Source of the DNA: Eledone cirrhosa
Taxonomy: Eukaryota
Length of the DNA stretch: 64,000 nt
NCBI GenBank assembly: GCA_964016885.1
Contig: OZ024740.1
Coordinates: forward strand, 103,106,001-103,170,000
Reading direction: 5' to 3'
Positions 49,575 through 64,000 of this stretch are shown here, piece after piece. Both the position numbers and the translations under genes were made by a program. The notes beneath the pieces are model-generated. The model was not told the origin of the DNA, did no database searches, and saw nothing but the letters and a program-made list of their open reading frames with translations. Within the stretch, counting starts at the first letter, position 1; every line of letters begins with the position of its first letter.

Positions 49575-52500
49575 GATCATCATCACCGTTTTACGTCCGT
49601 TCTTTCACGCTAGCATGGGTTAGACAGGTTGTCTTGTTGTGGGCAGTGTCTGGTCGGCTGACCATGCCTTGCTCATACAGGAACTGATTCTGGCTTGATT
49701 TCTACAGCTGGATGCCCTTCCTAACACCAACCTCATTTACAGTGAGTGCTGGGTGCTTTTTCCATGGAGCCTACACGTCCACTTTACAGTGTGGGCTGGG
49801 TGCTTTTTTGCCGTGGCACCTCCACGACCACTTTGCAGTGGGAGGGGGTGGGATCATATTGTCTATATGCTTCAGCTTCGGCTTGTACTCATGGGTAGTT
49901 GGGTCTTTTGTATTACTGTATAACGCCAGAGGTCTCGGTCCTATGTCATCATCTTTGAGAGGTGCAATTGGGTAAGGTCAGCTTTTATCACCTCATCCCA
50001 GGTTTCCTTGGGTCACCCCACTTCACGGTTTCCATCGATTTCTAGTGCTCTGCACCTTTTTATGCAGCTGTCATTTTTCATATGCATCACATGTCCATAC
50101 CAACGCAACCTCCTCTCCTGAACACAGCATTTGATTCCTCTTATGCTCTGTCTCTCTCTCAATTCGTTTATGCTTTGCCGTTCGCATATATTACTATTAC
50201 ACATCCATCGAACATGCAAGCTTCGTTTCTTTCTAATCTATGCAAGTCTTCTACACACAATGCCCAGGTCTCACTACCATGTGACATTGCTGTTTGTATG
50301 CATGCATCATACAGTCTGCCTTTCATTTTGAGGTAAAAGCCTTTTGCAGCTAGCAGTGGCAGTAGCTCCCTGAACTTCTTCCATCCCATTTTTACTGTAC
50401 TTTCCGAACACCCACCTCCGCTGCTAATTTGGTCACCTAGGTAGCAGAAGCTGTCTACTGTTTCTACAGAGCCCTCCCAGAGTTTGGTAGTGCTTGTTTC
50501 CTGTGGCCATTTGCTGCTTGCTGTCCCAGCGCAGCTGCTACATGTAAAGCCTACATTCTTAACTAAGCTTCCTCAGATCCCACTACATCTCTTGTCTACA
50601 CATTTTGGGGAAGAGGATGGAGTTCCTACCTACACCTTTCCTACATACTGAGGGGATCTGGGTTCTGTTTTCTTGTCTACTTACGAGGACCTCAGTCTTT
50701 GTCAGTTTGACTTTGAGACCCTTTCTTTGTAGTCCCTGCTTCTATGTTTGGAATTTCTTCTCTAGTTCCACCATAGATTCGACTATAAGTGTGAGATCAT
50801 CTGCATACAGAAGTTCCCATGCGCATCCTGTCTTAAACTCCTCTGTTATAGCATGCAATACTATAATAAACAGGAGAGGGCTAAGAACAGAGCCCTGGTG
50901 GACACCGACCTGTATGCTAAATTCCTCGCTATAGTCATTGTTAACCCTAACTTTGCTGACTGCTCCCCTATACATGGCTTGTACAGCTTTCACAAGCCAT
51001 TCATCTACTCCTCGTTTTCCAAGAGCCCACCAGATTATAGCACGGGGGACTCTGTCAAAGGCTTTTTCCATATCAACAAATGCCAGATAGAGTGGCTTAC
51101 TTTTAGCTTGGTACTTTTCCTGTAACTGCCTCACAAGGAAGAGAACATCAGTGGTGCCTTTTTCTGGCACAAACCCAAATTGCATCTCATCTAGTTTTAC
51201 CCGGTCCCTAATCAACTGTGCTATAACTCTTTCCGTTACTTTCATGACCTGGTCCATCAGCTTTATACCTCTATAGTTTCTTCTATCTAGTGCATCACCT
51301 TTACCTTTGTAGCAGTTGACAATGATGCTGCTGCACCAATCCTTTGGTATGACACCTTCTTGTATTACCTGGTTAACAATACGTGTGGTTATGGCGTGAC
51401 CCACTATACCCGATGGACCGATTGCCTTCCCCATCTTTGATTGCCTTACTTACTACGCTGCTGCTGACTTGTACTGCTGGCCCCTCTATAGGGTCTACTT
51501 GGGGTAGAGTCTCTTTCTCCCATGCATTCTCCTTATTTAGTAATCTTTCATAATGGCTCTTCCACGCACCTTTCTTCTCAGCACTTGTGAGAGCAAGCTC
51601 ACCTTTATTATTCCGGATACACTTCTCTCCAATGACATCACAATTCTCTATGACACACTGCCTCATAATCCTGAACACTTGTTTCTGGTCCTCACCCTGC
51701 AAAACATTCTTGAATTTTCCATCCTTCGCTTCCCTTCTAGATAAGTATACTTGTCGCCTAGCTTCTCTCCTGGTCTCTAGGTAATGTATTCAGCTTCCCC
51801 CGTTCTTCCATTCTTTCCATGCCTGTCTCTTAGCCTTAATTGCCTCATCTACCTTATTGTTCCACCACCAAGTCACTCTCCTCCTCCCTGTGGTCTTGCT
51901 CCAACCACAGATCTCGTCCGTTGCCTTTAGTAAGTTATTTTTTAGAAACTCCCAGTACTCTTCTACATTGAATGTCTCTACCTGTTCTTCTTTACTGTCA
52001 TAGCCGTCAAGTAAGATATCTTTAAATCTGTTACTGGCTGAGGGGGTCTTTCAGCTTCCAGATCTTTCTTCTTCAGGTTGTCTTCCGTTTCCAAGTTCGC
52101 CTAGTTCTGACAGTGAGGTCGCTGACAACTAAGTTATGTTAGGAGGTACAGTCCTCACTGGGAAAGGTTTTTGTGTTTACAACCATCCATCTATCTCGTC
52201 CTCTGATGAGGATAAAATCTATCTGACTAGAATGCTCCCCTGATCTATAGGTGGTTGTCGGGTTTTTTGAAGTTTGTGTTATATATCAACATGTCATTGG
52301 CATCGCAGAATTCTAGAAGCCTGAAGCCTTCTTCATTTCTTGTGCCAAACGCGTAGCATCCATGGACTCTATAGAAGCTGTCACGGTGTTTCTCAACGTG
52401 TCCATTAAAGTCTCCTGCAATGATTAGGAAGTCATTGTCGTTTGTTGGGGCAGTAGTGTGCATTAAGGACCCATAAAACCTATCCTTAAGTTCATCTGGC

Positions 52501-52870
52501 AACCCCGATTGGGGTGTGTAAGCTGATATGATTGTGGCAATTGTTTTATTCAGGACTAGTCAGCTAGTAGGATTTGTCAGCTAGTAGGATTCCTACACCA
52601 CCCATTCCATTGTCATTTCCCACCCAGAAAACTTTGTAGCACTGATTTTTGCCTACAAGGACTCTAACAAACTCTCCTCTCCATCTAGTCTCTTGCACAC
52701 AGCATACATCAATTTCCTTTCGCTCTAACATCTCTATGATTTCTCCTGCTCTTCCTTTCATTGATGGTTCCAGCTCGGAGTTTTGGGCATTTGCCATCAT
52801 TGAGTGGGAAAGGGTGATTTTTTTTTTTTTGGAGGGGTATGCTTCCTGTCTCCGAGTTAAAGCTTCGCAC
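49575..52870 (-). mobile_element. Near full-length degenerate RTE-clade LINE
   Basis: CCVQETRW and AGDFNGHV (APE); NYRGIKL, QFGF, FVDMEKAFDRV, GVHQGSVLSP, LYADDL, HGSETW, RRLRWYGHV; (GAT)n-type tail. Confidence 0.92.
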
Positions 52871-53330
52871 GGGTGCTTGGTAACTCGCGGATTCATATTC
52901 ATTTATTAATTCGGGTTTGTTCCATTTATCCTCAGCTCATCCATACATAACAGTAAAAGAATTCTTTGGTGCAGGGCTAGGAGGGAAGTAGTAGTAATGG
53001 CAGAGTTTGTTGGGGCTGGTAATAGGTGGGGACATGTTGCTGAGGTTTGATTGGTCGAATAGCCTATGTTGGGGGGGGGGGGGGTGAAATTGTGAGATAG
53101 GTAGCCATCATGGCGTATATCATCACAGGAGATTTGGGTGAAATAAACCGGTACAAGTAGGCATATTAGATAAGGCGAATATCCGAGGATTTTGAGGATG
53201 ATCATCTAGCTTCATAAACATCGAAATGAATGAATGAGAGGGAAAAAGGGAGGTAATGGGTAAGGGTTAGGGATGACTTTCATAGAGAGAGAGAGAGGCA
53301 TAATGTCCAACGTGGTTTACTTCGAAAAAC

Positions 53331-53410
<80 letters not shown>

Positions 53411-53746
53411 TTGTCATTTTAACGTCTGCTTTCCCTACTTGCAAGGGTTGGATGCGCCTACATACCAAGTCAGTACTGAAGCAATGGCTACTGACCTCCC
53501 AGACAAGCCAGGGATCTGTTGTCTCACTTATGTACAGTCTCATGTTTTACTAAGTGCACAAGAAGGGTTGTTATGTCAGCCTTTCTATTCATAGCTGGGC
53601 TTTCAAAATATTTATTAAATATACCGTATATCTTTAGATGTACGAAATTCACATACATGTATGTATATAGTTATGCCAAAGCTAAATTTATATATATGTA
53701 TACATGTGTATATATAATGGATGTTAAATGGTGTTGATGATGATGA

Positions 53747-54471
<725 letters not shown>

Positions 54472-54931
54472 TAAGATAAGCAGAACAAGCAAAATTTAAC
54501 CAATTTTTTTTAATAAATTAAAAAATATAATATAAATATTTACCTCTTCTAATGGCCCTTACTGATCAGTTTCGCTTTGTAAAACTCCAGAAATCCGATG
54601 GATATCTGATGGAAAACTAAAGCTCATCAGAGAAGCATTTTCCTTTCCTAGGGCTAAAGACCCAGGAACGATAAAATATATGACCTCCTGCCAGCTAATA
54701 CAGGTCTGAAAGGTCGTAAAAGTGACCCGTATGTCAACCGGTCCGAAGTAAAAGCGGGAAACCACAGACTTGCTGTCTATAATTACTACTAAAAAAATAG
54801 CAGCTAAATAGAACAACAGATTTGTTCTCTACATAACGGAGAAGAATGAATGAAGTTAATATGTCCAAAGATACTAAATACCCCTAGAAATACATAGGTT
54901 GTCTATGATTCAAGGTTGTTCAATGGTATTA

Positions 54932-54932
<1 letters not shown>
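54472..54932 (-). mobile_element. Solo ~460 bp non-coding HHR monomer between (TA)n tracts
   Basis: No coding trace; HHR at 54551-54639. Confidence 0.7.
54551..54639 (-). ncRNA. Type I hammerhead ribozyme
   Basis: AATGCTTCT-CTGATGA-GCTTT...AAAGC-GAAA-CTGATCAG-TA-AGGGCCATT; extended stem II, palindromic stem III, GUA site. Confidence 0.85.
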
Positions 54933-54986
<54 letters not shown>

Positions 54987-54990
<4 letters not shown>

Positions 54991-56872
54991 CGGTTCCTTC
55001 CCCTGTTCTAGGCCCCGCTGCAACACCTGTCCCCACATCACCAACACCACCACCTTCCAGGGTCCCAACGGCCACCCTCTCTCGGTCCGGCATGCCTTCC
55101 GCTGCACCTCCTCCAACCTAGTCTACGGACTTCGTTGCACGAGGTGCAGCGCAACTTATGTCGGACAGACGGGACGCCGCCTGGCGGACCGAGTCACGGA
55201 GCACCTCCGGGACATTCGTCTCGGGGGCAGTTCCCCCATCGCCCGCCACTTTGGTGGCCCTGGACACTCCGCACGCCATCTCACAGTCTGTGGCCTACTC
55301 CAGTGCCACGGAACACCCGCCCATCGCCTCACGGTCGAACAACGTACTATCTTCATCTTACAGACCCACACTCCCCCCGGCCTGAACTCCCCACCCTTAT
55401 TCCTTTAGCGTTCGACCGCCCCCCTCCCCCCACACTTATCCCCCACTAACACCACTAACACACCCCTCCTTTTCACCGCCCACCCCACACTAACAATACT
55501 AACACCTCCACTCCACCCCTCATCTGACCACCCTTCCCCAACTAACATACTAACATCCCTTCCCTCCCCTCTTCTCCTCCTCCCCCTCCTTATCACACGC
55601 ACACACGCACCCACTTACACCACCCACCCCCACGCAACTAACATCACTAACACCCTCCAACCCCACGCACACGTACCCACACACCCTCGTACACCACCAA
55701 CTCTACACACCCTACCCCCACTAACCCCTACTCACACCTGCATTCCACCCCTCCCCACCTCCCGTATATTAACACCCACTAACACCTCTTCACCAAACTA
55801 CACACACACCAGTACACCACACTCCCTCCATAGAACCACACACACTCTTCTCTCCCCGCTCCACACTCACTCATCCCACTAACACCCCACTAATACACAC
55901 ACACACACACCCTCCTCACTCCAACTCTCACACCTACCCATCCTCGCCTCCCTACCATTCCGCCGACTGCTGCTATGCCCTTCCGACCACTGTCTCAGCA
56001 CCAACTGACCACAGCACTTCCACTGCTGACCACTTCCTGTTGCGCGCGCACCCCACATCTCTCCTCTTCCGACCACCGCTTCTTGGATTACCCACACGCG
56101 TTTTGACTTCTCACCAAAATCTCCATACACCCGTGTAACTTACCACTTTTCAACCACCCTCTTACACCACCACCTATATAACTCACCCACACACACACAC
56201 CCCAAAACAAATTTTTTTATCCACACGCCACCCACACCCACAACACGCTTAAACCACACACACACGTGCTTCCCACCACATATTTACACCCTCAGCCCCC
56301 TGATTCCTCTCCCCCCACCCCCCTATCCACACACGCACAGACCCTCCGACCCACAAAAACACCCCCCACACACACCTTCCTGAACATGCAACCCCGTTCT
56401 TCCCCCAACCCTCACTTTCACATACACACACACACACACACACGCACACCTAACCACACACACCACCTTCAGCCCTCCCCGCTCGGACACCCCGTCTCCC
56501 TCTCCCCACTCCACCCGCCACCACCTCTACTCACCCCACACCCTTCCACCACCTGTTTACCCCCCTTTTAATTTCAGTTTATTTTGATCATGCCTTTATT
56601 TTTAAATTTTCTCATTCCTTGTATTTTGATCATGCTTTATTTTTATTTATTATTTATTATATTTTTGTCTTTATTTGTTAATTTTTCATTCGCACCGTTT
56701 CCTTTCGCTATATGTCTCTCCACCACTCCCCTACACACCTTTTGAACTCTCACCTGAAGAAGGGCTTATGCCCGAAACGTCGTCCCCCACCTACCCCCCA
56801 CTCTCCTGAGCGTGAATTTAATAAACATTTGTCGTACTGCCTCTCTGTTCTGTCCCTGTTCAATGTTTCATT
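54987..56872 (+). mobile_element. 5'-truncated Penelope-like element (Neptune-type GIY-YIG, C-rich 3' region, HHR)
   Basis: PCSRPRCNTC..CTSSNLVYGLRCTRCSATYVGQTGRRLADRVTEHLRDI..PPGLN; HHR core at 56754; AATAAA at about 56820. Confidence 0.9.
56748..56790 (+). ncRNA. Minimal PLE-type hammerhead motif
   Basis: CTGAAGA-a-GGGC-ttat-GCCC-GAAA-CGTCG-TC; GUC site; stem I partner unclear. Confidence 0.75.
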
Positions 56873-56934
56873 ATATATATATATATATATATATATAGGA
56901 AATTTGTAGTTTACTTGAAGCAGTGTATATGTTA

Positions 56935-57295
56935 TAAAGAATTTGAAGTTTGAAAGCCACGACAATGCAGGGTTTGGACAGAGAATAATTAAATCGTAAG
57001 AAACAGGGCTTGTTTTTTTACCTTAATTTATTATATCTTGATATTTCAAGATTAATATCTCTTCTTCTGAGGAAAATAAAGGAACTATTCCAGTGTCAGA
57101 CATGGCTTGTTATACCAGGCTGGTCAGCATTAGACACTGGTATAGTTCCTTTATTTTCCTCCGAAGAAGAGATATTAATCTTGAAATATCAGGACATATG
57201 AATAAATTAAGGTAAAAAAACAAACCCTGTTTCTTATGATTTAATTATTCTCTATCCAAACCTACATTGTCTTGGCTTTCAAACCTCTAATTTTA
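56935..57295. repeat. Diverged ~160 bp inverted repeat (old foldback element) with decayed HHR-like motif
   Basis: About 56940-57100 versus 57130-57292; C(A/C)GAAGA-a-GAGAT-atta-ATCTT-GAAA-TATC present in both arms; stem I not paired. Confidence 0.6.
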
Positions 57296-57706
57296 TATAT
57301 ATATATATATATATATCATCATCATCACCGTTTAACATCCATTTTTCTACACTAGCATGGGTTAGACGAGTTGTCCTATTGTGAGCAATGCCAGGTCAGG
57401 TGACCATGTCTTGCTCATACAGAACTGATTTTGGCTTGGTTTCTAAGCTGGATGCCATTCCTAATGCCAACCTCATTTACAGTGAGTACTGGGTGCTTTT
57501 TGTCATGACATCTACACAACCACTTTACAGTGTGGGCTGGGTGTTTTTTGTTGTGACACCTACACAACCATTTTACAGTGTGGGCTGGGTGCTTTTTCCT
57601 GTGTCCCCATCACAACCACTTTACAGTGTGGGCTGGATGCTTTTTGTTGTATATATATATATATATACATATACAACAAAAACCATCCAGCTCACACACA
57701 CACACG

Positions 57707-57765
<59 letters not shown>

Positions 57766-60125
57766 CCAGTTGGTGAGTAATATTGCTTTAGGTATCACTG
57801 TCTCATCACTCTATGCTTTTACATTAATTAGATATTCAGTGTTAAAATCCAGAGCTGAAGCTGGTTGTAAACAATTAAAGCTCCAAGCTGGTCATTTGTG
57901 AAACACATGTTATACATGATTACTTTAATATCTCATTCTTAATATTATACACCCACACTTGATAGTTCTTCTTACACTTGTATATTTTCAATAGATGTAA
58001 AAAAAAACAGCATGAAAATCAAAAATTTGATGCTGTTCAATTGAAGTCCTTTGTAATATTTGTTTCAAGCGCTCCCTGTCAACCTTACTAGTAGAAATAA
58101 AGTGTACCAGTAATTAGCTTATTTGAAACTGTTTGATTGCAATATGAAATAAATAAATACAAAATGTTGTCCTTGACATCTTAAATTTAGGGCATGGGAT
58201 TGTGTAGTGGTTATTCAGGTTGGAGGAAAACTAAAATTATCACGCTGTTGAAAATCTAGCTACAAAAAACTTTTCTCGTGAAATCATGTTATTATTGTTC
58301 TGGATTTTTATGATTTTTTTTCATTTATTTCTTGGCTATCCCATACCTATAACACTACTAAAGCTGTACTTTGGGGCCCATAAAATACTGAGTCACTGAG
58401 CCTCCCTCATCTACAGAACTTAATAAAGACACATATCAGTGTGCTCTTCATAGAAACATTCTTGACCATACCCAAAAAGATTGATTACCAATGACTCACT
58501 CACATTATAGCTTCTGGCCTATGTTTCACTGTTTCCTCATTTCATAACTGCTGCCCATCTCCTCTGCACCTCTGAAATAGCTAGTTACATTCCATCTCCA
58601 CTTCTCCACTCCTAATGTATCTCACCATATCAATAAAACTGATCTCAAATAGCCTGGGCTCATCCTTATCTCCTGACTAAACCATGGCTAAACGTTCATA
58701 CAATGCCATACATTTGACAGTCAGTATACACATTTACAAAAACCTCAAACAACAGCTGTTTATTTAACATTAAAAGAAAAATAATAAAGAATCAAGTTTC
58801 TAACACTTTATTGCTGATTTGAAATTGTGATTGATCAAAGAATAAAATTGTATGTGTTGTTTAAAATCTGAAGACATTATTATGAGTTACCTCCCTTTAT
58901 GATCTGAGTTCAAATCCCGCCAAGGTTAACTTTGCCTTTCATCCTTACGGGGTCGATAAAATAAAGTACCAGTAATGCACTGGGATAATTGCTGGCCTGG
59001 TGCCAAAAGTAGAAACAATTATTATAGTAAACAGAAATGATTATGGTATGATTACTTTATCGTCTTTCTTAACGAATCCTCTTTGTCTAAAATAAATTTT
59101 GAAATAATTATAGAAACACTTTAAATAGTTGTGGAGGAAATTATATTACATATTTTTGTGTTTATTTTCTTATAAAAGTATTTTATTTTTCTACCGCAAA
59201 TTTGTTCTAATTTATTTCCTTCAGGGCGTATTAAGGCAAAAGAATATGACTGGAAAGACAGTAATCTTGCATTATTTGGCTCCGACACAGAGAAAAGTGT
59301 TAAAAGTAAGTGTTCCTAATGACACAGTCTCCTGTTCTTGTCTTTTCAAAGCTTTTTTTTTTGGTTTGTTATTTCTGTCTATCTGTAATTTTCTCTTTGT
59401 TTGATGCCTGTGTCTATGATTCTGCATGTATATATGTGTGTGTCTGTGTGTGCCTGTATTTATGTGTGGGTGTCTTCTTCTATTCATGGGATGATCATGT
59501 GGGCAGAATCCTCAAGCACGCCTTCCAGGGTGGTACAAACCATGTACAGTGGCGGAGTTAGCAAGATTAAAAAAAAAGAGTACAGTTGATTGTTCTCGAT
59601 GTTTTGAGTTCACAGGCTCTATTGTCTAAAAATAAAATGGCTAAGTAAAAATAACCCTGGCAGTATTAAACCCCCAAACTATGGTAACGTGAGATGGGTT
59701 TTGCAGAGTAAACTGGCCTGTCCCTCCTTATAGTGCTGCCATCCAGTACCAGGTCCCAAAACTATGGCTACGGTGTTAGATGGGTTAGGCTCCTTGTATT
59801 GGTGCCATCCAGTACCGGGCTCCAAAACTAAGATCCCACGTCAGACGGGTGAGGTTCCAAAACTGTGGTTCTGTTCTTAGGCAGTTCAACACAGCCAGCT
59901 GGCCTGCCTCATAATGGAGTCATCCAGTCCCACATTGTAAATGTGGTTAATGTTAAGAAGGGCATCCAACTGTAAAATACCCAGCCAAATTTACAGTCCT
60001 CGCCGGAGCAAGATACAACATGGCCAACTCTGGCCAGACATGCTTCCCAGCATGGATGACTCGTCTAACTCATGCAAGCATGGAAAAATGTACATTAAAC
60101 AATGATGATGATATATACATATATG

Positions 60126-60177
<52 letters not shown>

Positions 60178-60744
60178 AAAAGAAATTGAAAATACAACTG
60201 GAGACTTTTAAATATTATTTGCTTAACCAGTTTCACAATTCTTATGATTTTTCAAAAGTAAAATTGAGATGCAAGGTTTGTGTTTCTGGATGAACATGAC
60301 ATGGTCATCTGACTATGTCATGCTTATACAGAACCGATTTTGGCTTGGTTTCTACAACTGAATGCTCTTCCTAGCGCCAACCTCATTTACAGTGAGTACT
60401 GGGTGCTTTTTGTTGTGACACCTACATGACTAATTTACAGTGGGAGTAGGGCACTTTTGCCATAAACGACCACTTTACTGTGTGGGCTGGTATATATATA
60501 TATATTAGTGAAGTAGAAGATCAACTGTAAGTTCAGTCCCCGTCCCACAGAGTATCATCATCATCATCATCATCATCGTTTAACATCTATCTTCCATGCT
60601 AACATAGGTTAGACGGGTTTGTTCCATTTAGAGGCAAGGTGGGTCGGGTGACCATGTCTCGCTCATATAGGACTGTTTCTGGCTGGTTTTCTACAGCTGG
60701 ATGCCCTTCCTAATGCCAACCACATTTACAGTGTGTGTTAATAT

Positions 60745-61420
60745 GTATATATCAATATATATATATTGATATACATATATGGAATAGAATGAAACGAAAT
60801 TTCATTTCTCACTCTTAGTATGGCACTTACATAAATGTAAGTATGCATGTATGTATACGTACATACATATATGTATACAGATGTACAGTAGTATGTATAT
60901 ATATACATACATGCACACATATATATATGCACGTATCGGTTTACCGAACATTTATTATAATGCTCGGTTTGTTTGTAAACAAACAAACAGCCCGAATTAC
61001 GCCATACAGTGTTCAGGCAACCACGTCACCTTTTTGTTCAACACTGACACAGGAACGATGTACTAGTTTCAAGCTTATTAGCTATCGTCAGCATCGTATA
61101 CCTTCCTGCCAGATGGTTGAACGTCTGAAAGTATATACTTTCCTTATGCATATTAATGGCTGAGCAGCCTAATTTGCATATCGAGTGAGTTTAGTTGGCC
61201 GGGCACACCGAAAACGATAAATGGAATAGAATGAAACGAAATTCAGGCTGTTTGTTTGTTTACAAACAAACCGAGCATTATAATAAATGTTCGGTAAACC
61301 GATACTTGCATATATATATGTGTGCATGTATGTATATATATACATACTACTGTACGTCTGTATACATATATGTATATGTATACAGACGTACAGATTATAT
61401 GTATACATACAGATATACAT
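60745..61420 (-). mobile_element. Non-coding HHR element, 442-bp period, with inverted arm
   Basis: GGAATAGAATGAAACGAAATT at 60781 and 61223; 61246 to about 61390 is inverted relative to about 60845-60992; HHR at 61055-61097. Confidence 0.75.
61055..61097 (-). ncRNA. Minimal type I hammerhead ribozyme
   Basis: ACGATG-CTGACGA-t-AGCT-aata-AGCT-t-GAAA-CTAG-TA-CATCGT. Confidence 0.88.
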
Positions 61421-61460
61421 ATATATATATACATACAGATATACATATACATATATATAT

Positions 61461-61605
61461 GGAGGCACATGGCTTAGTGGTTAGAGCATTGACCTTGCAA
61501 TCGAAAGGTTGTGAGTTCAATTCTCAGACCGGGTGATGTGTTGTTTCCTTGAGCAAGACACTTTATTTCACATTGCTCCAGTTTACTCAGCTGTAGAAAT
61601 GAGAT
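61461..61605 (+). mobile_element. tRNA-derived SINE (V-domain-like)
   Basis: A-box TGGCTTAGTGG, B-box GAGTTCAATTC, then TCCTTGAGCAAGACACT. Confidence 0.7.
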
Positions 61606-61810
61606 GATAGGGACTGGGGTCCATATCATTCCACTGCAAAGTGGTCGTGGAGGTGCTACGGCAAAAAAGCACCCAGCACTCACTGTAAATGAGGTTGGTG
61701 TTAGGAAGGGCATCCAGCTGTAGAAATCAAGCTAGAATCAGTTCCCGTCCCACCTTTTCAAGCAGGGAAAACTGGACGTAAAATGATGATGATGATGATG
61801 ATGATGATGA

Positions 61811-63013
61811 TACTATAAAGCTGACGGCTGTATGTAAGTAACAAACTTTCCGCCAAGTGGCTGGACCAAACGGCATCAAATTTGCACCATAGATTTAACT
61901 TTTTCCAAGTAAGAAAGTGAGGGTATTTTTGTCTACTGAATTTTGTTAAAAGATTAAAGACATTATTTAAATATTCACTTCTTTAAAATTTTCAAATGTC
62001 AACACTTCCGATTATACAACATTCCTAACGTCTTCACGAACCAAAGTATCATCTTCCTGTTTTCTTTCGGTTGCAACGTTTTTCGAAATATTTACTTCTG
62101 CGTTCACAGATTGATTTTTTTAGTTTCAGAAGATCCCATTAAGTGTGAAAGAAGCGATTCTTTGCTTATTTATATAATTATATATTCGTGTACAGATATT
62201 TTTGCATACACAAAAACAAAATATAGACAAACGTATTTATTTCGCAAAAGCACAGACGGCTTATCGTCATTGTTACTGCCGATATGCCACCCAAAAGTCC
62301 TAGCCTAGCTCCAAGATCAGATTTTCCAGAAGAAAAAATGTTATAACAAATGTATTTATTTCACGAAAGCACAGACGGTTTATCGTCATTGTTACTGCCG
62401 ATATGCCACCCAAAAGATCAGATTTTCCAGAAGAAAAAATGCTACTAGAGCAACAGAGAGACTAAGCTTCGCGATTACCATCAACAAAGCTCAGGGTCGA
62501 ACCCTAAAAGTGGCTGGCCTTCATCTGGGAAAACCATGTTCAATTGTATGTAGGATGCTCTAGAGTGAGCTCGCCAAACAATCTCTTCATCTTTGGTCCG
62601 AGGGCCGAACAAAAAATATTGTATACTCTGAGGCTCTAACAATGTAATTTATGTATTTTCTGTTACTTGGAATTTCCATTATGGTTGTACAAATTATTGT
62701 AAAGTTTGTTAAAAAATGTGTTCTCTGTTCAACATTTATTGTTGTAACTATCAATTTTCTTTAACGTACTGGCTGATAAAAGAAACCTACAATGAAAGAA
62801 CATCTTAAAGTGTTGTATTTATTAACATTTCTATCTGCAGGTTCTTAGCAAGCTTACTGGCGCTTTAGAATGGTATTCAATTCTCATATCGTTTTTGATT
62901 GATATGGTGCATATATCACAGCTATTCATATGTTTTAAACATTAGATAACGATTTCTGATGTATATTGTACGACAAAATTAGCTGAAAAATATTTTGAAT
63001 GAACAAATAAAAG
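61811..63013 (+). mobile_element. Helitron-derived element related to 25999-27084, retaining a helicase C-terminal fragment
   Basis: 61811-62127 and about 62775-63013 match the 26-27 kb element in reverse; about 62460-62647 reads LSFAITINKAQGRTLKVAGLHL..QLYVGCSRV..TKNIVYSEAL. Confidence 0.82.
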
Positions 63014-63759
63014 GGCACTACAACGCTATTAGCTATTGTAAGGTCTGCTTATAGCATTATCCATCTTTCAAAAATGAAGGTCCACATTTCGTCAACTTCA
63101 ATACATTTTATTACATTGTAAACATTAACTTTTATGGAAATTTTATTACAAAATTTCAATTTAGTTTGATTTTTTGGAATTTATTTAACAAACATGGAAA
63201 AATAAGAAAAAGAATAAAATAAAAAATAATTTGATTGCCTTTAATAAAGAAAATAAATAGAGTGGAACTGATTTCCAGGTCATACTAATGAAACAAGGTT
63301 TTTTCCATTACTGATATTATCTGTCTGCTGCAAGTCCTGGTAGAAGATGCTACACGAACTAAAGTATTTTACTGAAGGACGCAACATGCTGCAGGATCGA
63401 AGAAACGAGCCCATGACTTTATAATGGTTAGTCCAGTACCGTAACCCCTAAGGCATGTGCCTTCACAGAGGAAAGGTAAATGATTTTATAACAGATTAGA
63501 TGGGTACTATGTTAGGTATTACTATGTGTCATATTATACCAAAGAGGAAGTGTGCTGTATAATAAACATTGATATCAGGTTGATTCAATAACTATTCGGT
63601 CCCAAATATGAACCCATGAACTTATGGTCGTCAGTCAAACACTTTAACCATTGTATGTATACACGTATGGATGGATGGATGTGTGTATACATGTATGTAT
63701 GGATGGATGTATGCATGTATGTATACATGTATATATGTAAGTATGTATGCGTGTATGAG

Positions 63760-64000
63760 AACAACTGGAAGAACTTTAGGAGCTCGGTCTATGAGGCTTC
63801 AGCAGAGGTCCTTGGCTTTGTCACAAGAAAACAAGGACTGGTTTGATGAGAATGACCAGTAGGTCAAGGCTCTGCTAGACAGAAAACAAAAGGCACTTGA
63901 TGCAGTTCTTAAAGGTGGTAGCTCTGTTGATGACAATTATGAGCGTTACAGACAGGTAAAGAAGGAAGTGCAGGTGAAACTCAGGGCTATGCAAAATACC
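63760..64000 (+). mobile_element. RTE-like LINE fragment (linker between APE and RT), runs off window
   Basis: NNWKNFRSSVYEASAEVLGFVTRK..DWFDEND motif typical of RTE ORF2. Confidence 0.6.

Noticed and set aside
61461-61535. tRNA gene
   Set aside because: A/B boxes are present but there is no complete cloverleaf, and a SINE body follows.

Overview
AT-rich eukaryotic (animal) DNA with no recognisable host gene; the repeat repertoire suggests an octopod cephalopod (inference). It is a mosaic of (TA)n/(TG)n microsatellites and mobile elements: several RTE-clade LINEs, a decayed autonomous Helitron (about 32.5-37.1 kb), two non-autonomous Helitrons, a Gypsy remnant, a CRE-type RLE retrotransposon, an LTR/PBS tandem array, tRNA-derived SINEs and many Penelope-like element (PLE) remnants. 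The main signal the ORF track misses is RNA structure. By manual folding I find about 20 type-I hammerhead ribozyme (HHR) motifs, some partial or decayed, in about 13 sequence families. Some lie in 3' regions of PLE remnants. Others lie in six different non-coding units of about 440-550 bp; five of these occur as tandem repeats with an inverted arm always on the 5' side of the HHR-sense strand, embedded in (TA)n. This resembles a set of non-autonomous, retrozyme-like PLE parasites. Some HHRs have non-canonical cores (U4->A/C; a U3-A8 candidate), and one PLE HHR segment sits inside a Helitron. All folds and coordinates were read by eye; ribozyme activity is untested.
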